Assembly (NCBI GenBank): GCA_051294375.1
Contig: CM119265.1
Span: 24,797,605 to 24,861,604 of the forward strand
Reading direction: 5' to 3'
DNA from: Paraspadella gotoi
Taxonomy: Eukaryota; Animalia; Chaetognatha
Length of the DNA stretch: 64,000 nucleotides
Each line of letters begins with the position of its first letter. Position 1 is the first letter of the stretch. A program made the translations under genes and the position numbers. This document shows positions 23,170-34,949 of the stretch, piece by piece. Below the pieces are notes generated by a model. The model was given only the letters and a program-made list of their open reading frames with translations, ran no database searches and was not told where the DNA came from.

Positions 23170-26100
23170 TTTTTAAAATTTAACAATTATCTTTTTTTAC
23201 TTATTTAGTACTCAATTGGAATCCAGACGAAACCATTTATAAAATTTTTTTTTCTGTATGTTCTATTCTTTTTTTTTTCTGCCTTGGTCTGTACGTATGA
23301 TTAAAATAGTAGCAATATAATATCAACGTGAACCTCAAATCTCTCTACAGCCTTTTCTCCATCAGACTCTCCTCTTCTCCATCAACTACTCCATCGGACA
23401 CGCCCCCTCTCCATCTCGACGTCTGTCCCGAATTCGGCCTCGCGTCTCAAGACTTTAGATGTCGCGACTGTGAGGTCGACATTGCGATCGACGCTGATGG
23501 GAGGAGAGAAGCGCGGTTGTGCGACTATTCGGGGTAAGGAAGGACCGGAAGTGGGTGTTGCCGGGGCGGGGCCGTCCGGGGGCGGGTCTTGGTGAGGCAG
23601 AGGGCGTTGCTGGAATAAAAGGATAAAACTGCGTCGTAAATCAATGAGAGCGTCACAACGAAAATCCACAAGAGCAAACGTAAATTTGACCAACAATCAG
23701 GTTCTACTACTGTGCCGGTTGCCACGGTAACGAGACAAGCGTCATCCCAGCCCGCGTCGTCCACAATTGGGACTTCGAGCCCCGCCCAGTAGCGCGATCA
23801 TCGCTGAGACTCATCAAGCGAGGCTTCCGGTCGGCGTTCGTCGACCTCGGCGCCGTCAATCCGGCACTGGCGCGATGTTTTGCGCCGCTGGAGGGACTCG
23901 TCAGCGCCAGGAGAGATTTGGTTCTCATGAAGAGGTAAGAGCGGATGGGGTAAGGAAGGGTCATGGCGAAGTTATCGGGAAAGTTAGCAGGTGTAAGCAG
24001 GTGTAAGCAGGTTAGAGCGTTGCGCGTCTCTTCAAAAGTAAAGATAACATACTAAGTGATATTTTCGCTAACGATATTCATGTCTTTTCCAAAAAAAAGT
24101 ACAGAGTAGAATGTCAATCATATCTTAAGATTTATTTACATATTTTTTTAGTTAAAGCGCACAATTACAACTTTTTTGTTTTAAAAAAAATAGGAAATTC
24201 TTGTGGCGAATAGTATTGTCTACGGGCAGGTAGGGCAGCATCCTCCTGGCACATTAATCGGTTTCGCTCCTCCGGGACAAATTGGCCAGTCGCACATGAT
24301 CCCGGCGCAATTTGGTTCTGAGATGGAAAAAAATTAAATGATTTAATTATAAAAAAATTAATTTGTTAAGATGATACAAGAAAATTGCTCCTTTAATTTG
24401 ATATTCATGTACCATTGACATTAAACTACTAAAACTGGTTGTATGTATTGTTTATAAAGATTCTTTCTCTTTCAAACAGTAAGCATAAAATTTCTATTTC
24501 TCACTTCCCAATTTTTTTGTCGGTAATTTTGAACATTCTCAACATTTATTTGGAGCGATTAAATTGCATAGAAATATTAAAATACATAGTAAATATATAA
24601 AATATAAGTTATTTACGAGGGCAGCTGGGGCAACAATCGCCTGGTAACTGAGTAGGAATAGAACCGTCCGGGCAATTGGGCCAACCGCAAACGATGGTTG
24701 AGCAATCAGGTTCTGGTAAAAAATGGAATCGGGGGCAAGTATTAGGTTCTAGCCTCCTGAACCATCGTGTTACAGACTAATCCGAAGCTCAGGGATTGTT
24801 TTTTTTTACGAATGATTAATTAGTTCCAAACAGCTATTTTGTCTCTTCAGAAGATGAGATGTAAAGTTTTCTGAATTCACCTTGACGTGGCGCTGAAAAA
24901 AAAAGGGGGTGAATAGAAATATTTCTTTTTAAAAACACAATTTAGCACAAGCTTTTTTTTACTATTTTATGGTTACTTATTTCAAATTTTTTTTTAAATG
25001 ATAGATGTATATAAATTATTTATAATACCAGGACAGCTGGGGCAGCAATCGCCAGGTTGTTGGATCGGAATGGAACCGTCAGAGCATTTGGGCCAACCGC
25101 AGAGAACGGTTCTGCAATCAGGTTCTGTAACGAAAGAAGGCAATCAGAAACAAACTGTTTTGCAGAATATAAAAAAAATGTTATAACGGCAAATTGTACT
25201 ATGAATTATAAATTGAAAGGAAAATAATGCCAAGAATGAAAAGTAATGACTGAACTCACCTTTTCGCGGCGCTGCAACGGGGGAAGAGAAATATAAATAG
25301 AATTAAATAATGTTAGATGAATGATTAGGAAATCAAATTTTTAGCCCTGATCTTTAGAAATTCATATAAATAAAAGTATTACCAGGACAGCTGGGGCAAC
25401 AATCGCCGGGTCTTTGTATCGGGATGGAACCGTCCAAACAATTTGGCCAACCGCAAACAATGGTTGAACAGTCGGGTTCTGTTTGAAAATATTTTGAAGA
25501 AACAAATAGTCTGTTAATGGCAGACATTACTTGTAATTAAAATTAAATGATTATTTCGAATATGATATAGTAAACGAAAAGATATTACCCATTACACAAG
25601 GAATATGATGTACGACTTAAAATACCAAAAAAATAGAAAATCGATGTTTGATATTGAATGAACTTACCCTGCCGTTTGCTCGCAGCTAAAAGGGAGGGAT
25701 CGAATAAAAATGCGTTTAAAATAATTATAGGTTGATTTTTCACTAGACGAGGTAGCTTCACAAATTTATCCCTTCAAAACGATAATTAAAATTTATTATA
25801 ATATTCTTTTTTTATGTATAAGTAGAAAACTTTTTCAGAATAACTCTTAAACCCTCAAAAATCTTACGCGGGCAAGACGGGCAACATTTTCCCTCCAAGG
25901 TCTCTGGCGTGGCCCCGTCCGGGCAGATCGGCCACCCGCATTGAAGACCCTCGCAATTTTGGGGCCGAGCCATGGCCGTGCTCGTTGCCAAGAGCAACGC
26001 CGCGGCCAAAACGTAAATCAACGCCATCTTTTTTTTTCCTTTTTTTTTTTTGATTTCTCGTTTTTGTTTTTGTTTTCTCTCTCGATGGAGAAAAAAGTCA

Positions 26101-26877
26101 TTCCTAGAGTCTGTGCCTTTGGGAAAATTTATAGGCCGATGTCGACACGAGGAATCCTCTGTACAGGGATTTTCACTTTTTATCAATAAAATCATTTCCA
26201 TAATTATATGATAAATAAAGGAAATATTGCGTTAGATTTAAAAAAAAAAAATTATATCGACATTCGAAGATATTTGAGTGTTGTTATAAACGAAAAAAAG
26301 TGTTTATAAACTTTTAAATTTTTTGAAGTGAATTAAAGTTTATATAGTCATAAAATTGTTACGAATTAATGAAAAACACGCTGTACAAGTGTAAATATGA
26401 TTGAGTAAATAACAAAAAAGCGATACGTAAAATCAATATCATGGCCGATAAGGCCCCAAAAAAAGTCGGTAATATGACGAAGATATGCGATCGAAAAATC
26501 TGAATCGGCGACTTTTCTGGGTCATTTTTGTTAATCAATGGATGTTTGTTCGGAAATTTTTGTCTCATCAGCCAGACGCTTATATTTGTTTGGATTTCGT
26601 GGCCAAAAAATATTATTTGATAAAACAGGGGAAAAAAAACTCTTAATATTAGCTGATTTATCGTAATAGAACGACTTTTGATTCTGGAATCTCTCGTGAC
26701 TCGACCCCAAAAAAGTAGTGCGTGTTTTATTGGCGTGGAATTTCAATCATGAGTGTGAAGATTGTGAAAACGTTTTTTTTGGAGTTAATTATATAGCTAT
26801 AGAAGTACTGTAACTATAAATATAACTGGAACAAGTGGTACTAAATATGAAATATGTAAAATCGTTTTGAGCCTGAG

Positions 26878-26920
<43 letters not shown>

Positions 26921-27531
26921 TTCTCTCTCTCTCTCTCTTTCCCCAGCATCCTCTCTCAATGCCCCAGAGGCGGCGACTCCCTCCTTCTCTCTCTCTCCCA
27001 CAGATGGCACTTCGTTCTCTCTCCCTCGATCTTCAGCCTCCAAGACTTTGTCGATCTTCAATTCTCTCGTCTCGAGGATGAGATTGCGGAAGTTCGCGAC
27101 AAATTCGAACGTCACATCCGGGGACAGTGCGGACGGTGTAGCGCGAGGGGAAGCGTCTGCAAAGTCTGCAGGTTGAAGACGGTGTCTCTTTTAACGAATG
27201 TCGGATTCAGCGAAATATTGATCATGAAAGAATAATACTTTTTTAGTGGCTTAAGTAACTATACTCCTAATATAAAAGGATGACTTAAATAACTTCATAC
27301 TAAATGTATAAATAAAGATTTAAATTTAAATATATGTAAAATTCATACGGACCTCTATTCTCTCCCCCCCTCCCCCGCAGAAAACCGGAAGTCATTTTTC
27401 CCTTTGACGAAAGCGCCTTCGTTTGCAAGAGATGCAATCAAACGACGCACGTTGATTGTAACGCCGGAGCCGATGCGGACAGCGAGAGGCTCTGCCGAAG
27501 ATGTCGACACAAAAATTGGAGGAGAAAGTAA
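22781..27531 (+). CDS. DEF8: DEF8-like Rubicon-homology-domain protein; exons 22781-23001, ~23351-23533, 23701-23934, 26947-27171, 27381-27531
   Basis: LDVCPEFGLASQDFRCRDC..ARLCDYSGFYYCAGCH..VIPARVVHNWDFEPRPV..FSLQDFVDL..HIRGQCGRCSARGSVCKVC..VIFPFD..CKRC..H..C..CRRC matches the DEF8/PLEKHM RH domain as recalled. Exon 1 assignment is less certain. Confidence 0.85.
24220..26027 (-). CDS. Secreted precursor with five 6-Cys (half-VWC-like) repeats, nested antisense in a DEF8 intron; exons 26027-25868, 25685-25668, 25478-25383, 25271-25260, 25124-25029, 24892-24881, 24712-24617, 24317-24220
   Basis: Signal peptide MALIYVLAAALLLATSTAMA; repeat C-x4-C-x-W-P-x-C-x-(D/G)-G-x2-P-x3-(P/E)-G-x-CC-P-(S/T)-C-P; all introns GT-AG phase 1; frame open to TAG. 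Confidence 0.9.
24744..24849 (+). mobile_element. Degraded 3' LTR fragment of the TRIM family
   Basis: GGTTCTAGCC...GTGTTACAGACTAATCCGAAGCTCAGGGATTG...TTGTCTCTTCA retains the LTR terminus. Confidence 0.75.
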
Positions 27532-27871
27532 TTTCGAAAAATATGTGAACTTTTATGATAATAAAATCGTTTGAAAAAATGTCGAAGCAAAAAGAGCGCT
27601 TTCACTTTTCCACGTGTTTTTTTAATTGTTTTATTATTATTCCAAAGCTTTTTAATGTTGTTGTAGCTTGTTTTAGTATAAATAGGATCAAAAAGGATTT
27701 GTCCCAAGTCGCCGGTCTGTCTTCCGAATGATTTAAGAATCTCTCTGTCCGTCCGTCTCTTGGTCCATTCATCTTTCCATCCATTGATGTCAACCGCAAA
27801 TAGCCATTGACAAAGTTGAGTGCTCAGATCGGATTAGATAAAAACCGATCGGAATTTATCGCCCGTTCCCG

Positions 27872-27909
<38 letters not shown>

Positions 27910-27914
27910 CTCTC

Positions 27915-27956
<42 letters not shown>

Positions 27957-28024
27957 TCTTATGGATCCTCCCCGCTTCCTCATTTTTTTACTTTTTAATC
28001 TTTATTATTTTTGTTTCATTATGC

Positions 28025-28325
28025 TTTTTTTCTTTTTACTTTTTTTATTTTTTCTATCTTTCTTTCCCTTTCTTTCTTTATCATTTTCTTATTCTTATAT
28101 CTCTTATTCTTTCATTCTTGCTTTATATCTTTCTTTCTTTCTATCTTTTTTCTATTTTTTTCTTTTTTTTAATTTTTTTTCTAATTTCGAAATAATTCTC
28201 ATTGTTTCTCAACAAGATTTATCGTTTCAGTTTTCCGTTGCCCTTTTCCAATGCGTTGACAAACGTCCTGCCTTTTATTTTTCTTTCCAATTTTTTTTTC
28301 AGTTTCTATTTCCTTGCGGGAGTCG

Positions 28326-28361
<36 letters not shown>

Positions 28362-28939
28362 CTTCTCTCTCTCTTTCTTCTTCTTCTTCTCTCTCTCTCT
28401 CTCCTCTCTCTTCGCGCAATTCCTCCACTTTAATGTCAGAGATTAAAACGGAAGCATCGTTTTTTAAAGAGCGGAAAAAAGGAAACAGCGACGAAGGTCA
28501 AAAAAGAAACAGCGGAAAAAAACAACAAAGTTTAACTAAATAAATAAAAAATTGCATTTACAAACCAACAAAACACTATAAAAATATAAATGAATAAATA
28601 TAAAATAGAAACAAGCATAAACAAAAAGGGGCAAAGGTAAAACATTTTAGAACGGAATAAAACGTATACGTAGATCTCCCGAGAGAAACTAACCTAAGAA
28701 AAAGGACACGAAACGCACAGCACAAGAATGCTCGTATAAAGAAAAGAGAAAACAACAACAAACAACAACAACCAAGAAAAAGAAAACAGAATCGCAACAC
28801 AGGACGGCTGGAACCACAAAGAGTAAAATATCAACCATTTACGTTTAACCCGCGGAATGAATATAACTGCGTTCTTTCCGTGACAGGTTGACAATTCCAC
28901 TAAACGGTCCCGACTCTAATCACTAAAATCTCTCTCTCT

Positions 28940-29018
<79 letters not shown>

Positions 29019-29347
29019 TTNNNNNNNNNNNNNNNNNNNNNNNNNTTTTCTTTTTTACTTTTTTTATTTTTTCTATCTTTCTTTCACCTTTTCTTTCTTT
29101 TTATCATTTTCTGTATTTATATCTCTTATTCTTTCATTCCTGCTTTATATCTTTCTTTCTTTCTATCTTTTTTCTATTTTTTTCTTTTTTTTATTAATTT
29201 TTTTCTAATTTCGAAATAATTCTCATTGTTTCTCAAACAAGATTATCGTTTCAAGTTTTCCTTGCCCTTTTCCAATGCGTTGACAAACGTCCTGCCTTTT
29301 ATTTTCTTTCCAATTTTTTTTTCAGTTTCTATTCCTTGCGGGAGTCG

Positions 29348-29410
<63 letters not shown>

Positions 29411-30005
29411 TCTCTTTCTCTTCTCCTCTCTCTCTCTTTTTCCCTTCCTTTCTCTTCTCTTCTCTCTCTCTCTCTCTGCGCAATTCCTCCACTTTAATGT
29501 CAGAGATTTAAAACGGAAGCATCGTTTTTAAAGAGCGGAAAAAGGAAACAGCGACGAAGGTCAAAAAAGAAACAGCGGAAAAACAACAAAGTTTAACTAA
29601 ATAAATAAAAAATTGCCTTTACAAACCAACAAAACACTATAAAAATATAAATGAATAAATATAAAATAGAAACAAGCATAAACAAAAAGGGGCAAAGGTA
29701 AAACATTTTATGAACGGAATAAAACGTATACGTAGATCTCCCGAGAGAAACTAACCTAAGAAAAAGGACACGAAACGCGACAGCAGAATGCTCGTATAAA
29801 GAAAAGAGAAAACAACAACAAACAACAACAACAAGAAAAGAAAACAGAATCGCAACACAGACGGCCGGAACCACAAAGAGTAAAAATCAACCATTTACGT
29901 TTAACCCGCGGAATGAAATACTGCGTCTTTCCGTGACAGGTTGACAATTCCACTAAACGGTCCCGACTCTAATCAATAAAATCTCTCTCTTCTCTCTCTC
30001 CTTCT

Positions 30006-30057
<52 letters not shown>

Positions 30058-30075
30058 TCTCTCTCTCCTCTCTCT
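28025..30075. repeat. Direct duplication ~28025-29020 / 29046-30075 around a 25-N gap (probable assembly artefact)
   Basis: Near-identical copies with indel differences flanking the gap. Confidence 0.8.
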
Positions 30076-33000
30076 CTCGTCCTTGATTTGCATTTCATGA
30101 AAATCCCATGGGCCCTTTTAGTCCCAAGTCACTAAACTCATATTGTTCAGGGAAGCACGCGGCTCCATAACGTTTTATGCCTTCTTTTACTTTCCTCCTC
30201 CTCCTCTTCTTCTCCTCCCCTCCTCCTCAAAAGGTTTTTCCTTCACTTCCTTTTTCTTTACTTCTTTTCCTTTTTCTCTTTCTCCCTCCTTATCCCTTTT
30301 CCTTCAGCATTGTCTTGTTCTTTACCTTGTCCCTTCGACTTGTCCTTTCCCCATTCTCTCCCAATTGTCCCCCATATTCCTTGTCCCTTTTGAACCATTT
30401 CTCTTATTTGCCCCCCCCCACCTTCTCTTTGTCCTTTTCCTCCCCCATTTCCCCCCTTGTCTCCCCCACACCGTCTCTCCCCTTTGTCCTTCCTCCCTTC
30501 CACTTTGTCTTCATATATGTTTACGTCCCTTGGCGCTCTGGCTTCTCCGCCGATCTTATCTCGGTTGTTCTCTTGTTCGGCGAAAACAAAAAATCAAATC
30601 TCCGCAGGAAAGTTCTGACTGCATTTTTTTAAAAGAAAACAGGGTATTTCTTTACAGAGTGTCTTAGAAATAATTTAAATATTGTACAGGAATTTCTTTT
30701 TTTTTTTTTTAAGGAGTCCATCTTGTACTTCAGTTTTTAATCATTTTCAGTCCACCGGCCTGAATTGATTCATTTCGTTATCGGGATCATACTAGATGCT
30801 ATTTAGTTGTGGACTTCGTGATATTATAAAAAATAGAGTATTAATACATTTACTATAGAGACGACTTAATGGAAACGCCTCCACATTTCCAATTCGCTCA
30901 TAACCTCTCCACTCAAAAATCCTCGAAGGAGTTGAAGATCCCCTAGATTTGAAGGTCACGCAGCATTGGGTTAAGGCATCTCTCCCCCCCCCTCTCCAGC
31001 TTCCCCCCCCTCCCTCTCCCCCTCACTCTCCAGCTTCCCCCCCTCCCTCTCCCCCTCACCCTCCCCGGACAGCGGTTATGACGCGGGCGCATTTCAAAAT
31101 TTCTTTTACAATAGTCTCTCTCTGTTTGAGTCGCTCTTTTCCAACTTCCCATATATTTTACGCCGTCTTTTGTTCGCGCGGCGCCGGTTCGGGCACGAGG
31201 TTGAGATGCGGCGTCGCCGGGCGCTTGGCTGCGCGGTCGGGCGCCCGTTTTAACGCCGTCGGGCGCTCGTCGTTGCGTCATTGGATGCTCGACGATTCGC
31301 GGTTGGACAGTCGCGGTTGAGCGGATGGATGAAGATCGTTGCCTCGTTAGATTGTTGTTGTTTTTGTTGTTGTTTTGTATTATGATATAATGTACATTGT
31401 TTTTTTTTCACGGCTTCCATTAGTTTAACATAGCTGCAGAAGAAAAAACGAAGCTTAGATTAACTTGCCTCTTGACATACTTTACAACTAACAAACAGAA
31501 TCCTCGTAAACATAATTCACAGCGCCCACTTCGAAAAAAAAAACAAAAGGCCCTCGTCCTCCACCGATATTTATCGCGGATCGAATTCGAGGCCAGAAAA
31601 TTCGCGCCGCGCCATTCCTCTTAACTGTTATATTGCCCAGAAGGGCCACACGGAGCGAGCGAGCGTGCCGCGCGGGCTGTTTGTGGGGGTAGCCGAGAGT
31701 GTGGGGCGGAGGTCTGGCCGTGCTGAGCCGTGCGGCGCCGGCGCCGGTCGTCCGTTCGAAGTCTATTTATGATTTCGCGTCTCGGGATTTGGAGGACAGA
31801 TATTGATGCAGTCAACCAGCGTCTGTGGTGAATCTTTGGGGGGTGGGGATTGAAGGGGGGTCGGGGGGAGATAGGGATGTGGATGGGGGTGGGGGTGGGG
31901 CTGGGGGGGGAGGTAGGAGGTCGAGTGGTTGTGATAAAAGTTGGGTTTTCTAAGTGGATAAAGGGAAAGAGAACTCAAATATGGCGGGAAAAAAAAATTG
32001 AACAAAAAGAAGAGATATGAGGGAGATGTATCATTTAATGTGTATTTTTAGTGTTAGATACATAAATATATTCTTAAATACTTAGAGAATTAAGCTAATT
32101 TCTAATTTTTCTGCTGGTCTCATTTCATCTCCTTTTCCTCGGATGCTTTCAGCCCAAAGAAATCGCGTCGATCCTTCCTTTTAACATTTCTAAAAAAAAA
32201 AGTCTTCAACCTTTTTTTCTTCTTTACTCTTTCTTCTCCTTTCTCTTCTTTGATAATTTTCTTTTCTTTTTTTTTTATTTCTTCTTCTTAAATTCCTCCT
32301 CGCTCTCCCTTCACACTATTACTCTTCCTCTCTTCTCTTCCTCGTAGCTTTGCTCTTTCACCTCCTCATCATCCTCCTCCTCTTCCACTCAATCTCCGTT
32401 TGCGATTTTCCTCCGTTCGAACGAGACGGAGTCATCTCTGATTTCATTGGAGATGAGACGAGAAGAGATGAGAAAAGATGAGATGAGAAAGGATGAGATG
32501 GAAAGAGATGAGAAAAGTCGGATGGAAAGAAATTAGAAAAGTTGAGATGAATCATGAAAGAATATATGAAAGAGACAAGAAAAACAAGACGGAAAAAAAT
32601 AGAAATAAACAAACGAAGAAAATTCCCGCCATATTTAATCGAATTTTAAAGGGAAAAAGATTAAATAGAAACAAATCAGTGAATCTAATCTAATTTGACA
32701 CGTGATAGGACGCAGCTTCGCGAGCTCGCGTGGTGCACGCAGGATACGCAGCGTGAGCGCAGGATGCGCGGCGTGCGCGCATGCTCAAGCAACGACTTTT
32801 TGTTGTGACATCACGATCTGAAGACGATGATCTAACTCTATAGAAATTCCAGCCAATTAAACGACAAAGACGAAGTCTAAACTATTTAATAAATTAATTT
32901 AAATTCAATTACTTTACATATATTGACGAGAGTGACTTGTTTATAAAAATTGTTGAAAATAATTTGAGAACGGTTTTTTTCAATTATCTAAAAGTATGAA

Positions 33001-34090
33001 AATACATACAACTTAAACGATCGATGGGAATACTAGTTTAAAGTTTAAACATTGTATTGTAATTCTTTCTTGAAAATAAATCGTTGTTGCTACTGAAATT
33101 CAAATTTGTCTCGAGTTTAAACATTCAAGGAAAAAAATAGGTACTAACATTTTTCTACTAATGGAAAAATGGAAATTGGACTTTTGTGAGATCACAATCG
33201 AAAGAGATCTTCTTTGAAAATGAAAAAAATATCTTAACGTTTATAGAGAAAATATTTTCTTAATGGGAGTGAGTATTTTCTTCTTTTAATACAGCCTTAC
33301 AAATAAAGTTTATGTATTATTATTTTTAAAAAATTAAACTATGGACGGAGTGTTCAAAGACGGTCAAAAGAATATAAAAAAATTTTTTTGTAGAAAGTTG
33401 TCGCTTATTTTTTAACTGTGTAAGAAGTAACGAAGTAAAAAATGGATAAGACCATTTTCTGCTAAGCAATGTTTACGTCTTCGACAGCGACATTGCTCAG
33501 ACAATCAAGAAGATCCAACGAAAAGATGAACTTAAATGGTGAGACTTCGCCCACATCTTCGCCTTCGCCGTCGCCGTCGCCCTCTTCGCCGTCGCCGTCG
33601 CCCTCTTCGCCGCAACTTCCTTCATCGCCTTCGTCTTCGCCTCTAGAAACTTTAAATTTCTTCGGCGACTTCTTGCGATCATCATCATCATCATCCTTCC
33701 CTCTTTTCTCCGCTCGAATCTCTTCCACGCTTCCGTCCAATTGGGGAACGACATTTTGTTGGAGCGTTTCCTCCGTCGGACTTTGAATCCCAATCGGTTC
33801 GTCGGAGGGTCGATGGGCATCGAGCTCTTCGGAGGAGGAAGAGGAAGCCGAGGCGGTTGAGGGATGCCTCTCGAAACTTTTGGTTTCGCCGGATTTTTTA
33901 AAGCTTTTTTTGATTTGAAAGGAGATCGCTTTGCCGAAGAGAGAGTTGATCCAGTGCTCGCAATTTTTTTTGATAAGATGGTAGCTTACTTTGACACTCT
34001 CAGGGCATTCGCAATTCCTTTGAGACCCTCCGCAGGTGCACTCCTCCGATGGATCGCACTTGCATTTTCTGCATCTGAAAATGAATTATG

Positions 34091-34949
34091 TGTGCATAAG
34101 CGCTAAGTGTATCCATGATTTCTTTATCCCCTCTAGCATCTATGAGACTTGTCCTGTGCTGGGCACCAGGCTTGCGAGGTCGCCCCAAAGGCGGTTGACG
34201 GCCGTCCTCATGCTTCTCGTAGGGTTGGGATTGAACCCACGACAGCCCGCCGCTAAAAAAAATTCGTCATTTGCAAACTTGTGAAAATTTTTTCTGTAGT
34301 ATTCTCCCACGCAGGATTCCTCCCACATGGGATTCCTCCCACAACAGATTCTTCCCACACGGGATTCCTCCCATGTTGGACGAATTCCCATGTTGGACGA
34401 ATCTCGCGTGTAAGGAATCCCGTGTGGGAGGAATCTCGTGTGGGAGGAACCCTGTGGGAGGAATCCCATGTGGGCAGAATCCTGTGTGGGAGGAAATCCG
34501 TGGGAGGAATCCTGTGTGGGAGGAATCCCATATGGGAGGAATCCTGCATAGGAGGAATACCATGTGGAAGGAATCCCGCATGGGAGGAATCACCCATGGG
34601 AGGAATCCCGCATGGGAGGCATCCCCTGTGGGAGGAATCCCATGTGGGAGGAATCCCGTATGAAAGAAATTCTATGTGGAGGAATCTCGTGTCGGAGGAA
34701 TCCCGTGTGGGAGGAATTCCATGAGGAGGAATCCCATGTGGGAGGAATTCCTTTGGGAGGAATCGCGCGGGAGGAATCCCGTGTGGGAGCAATCCGTGTG
34801 GGAGGAATCCCATGGGGAGGAATCCCGCCTTGGGGGTGTGGCGAAACCCTCAAGCCAGGTTCCAAGCCCAGGACCCGTTCCATAGCTACTAAAGGGGGTT
34901 ATAGAAGTTACGGATAGTCATCTTCAGCCCACTTAGCGCCTTATCCACA
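34091..34949. mobile_element. Foldback-like element with an internal ~16-bp minisatellite (TGTGGGAGGAATCCCG) in both orientations
   Basis: About 4 inverted units (34305-34375) face over 20 forward units (34410-34830); imperfect ~19-bp outer IR TGTGCATAAGCGCTAAGTG (34091-34109) / CACTTAGCGCCTTATCCACA (34930-34949). Confidence 0.55.

Noticed and set aside
34253-34917. Long ORFs in all frames (GIPPTWDSSH repeats)
   Set aside because: Artefact of a stop-free minisatellite.
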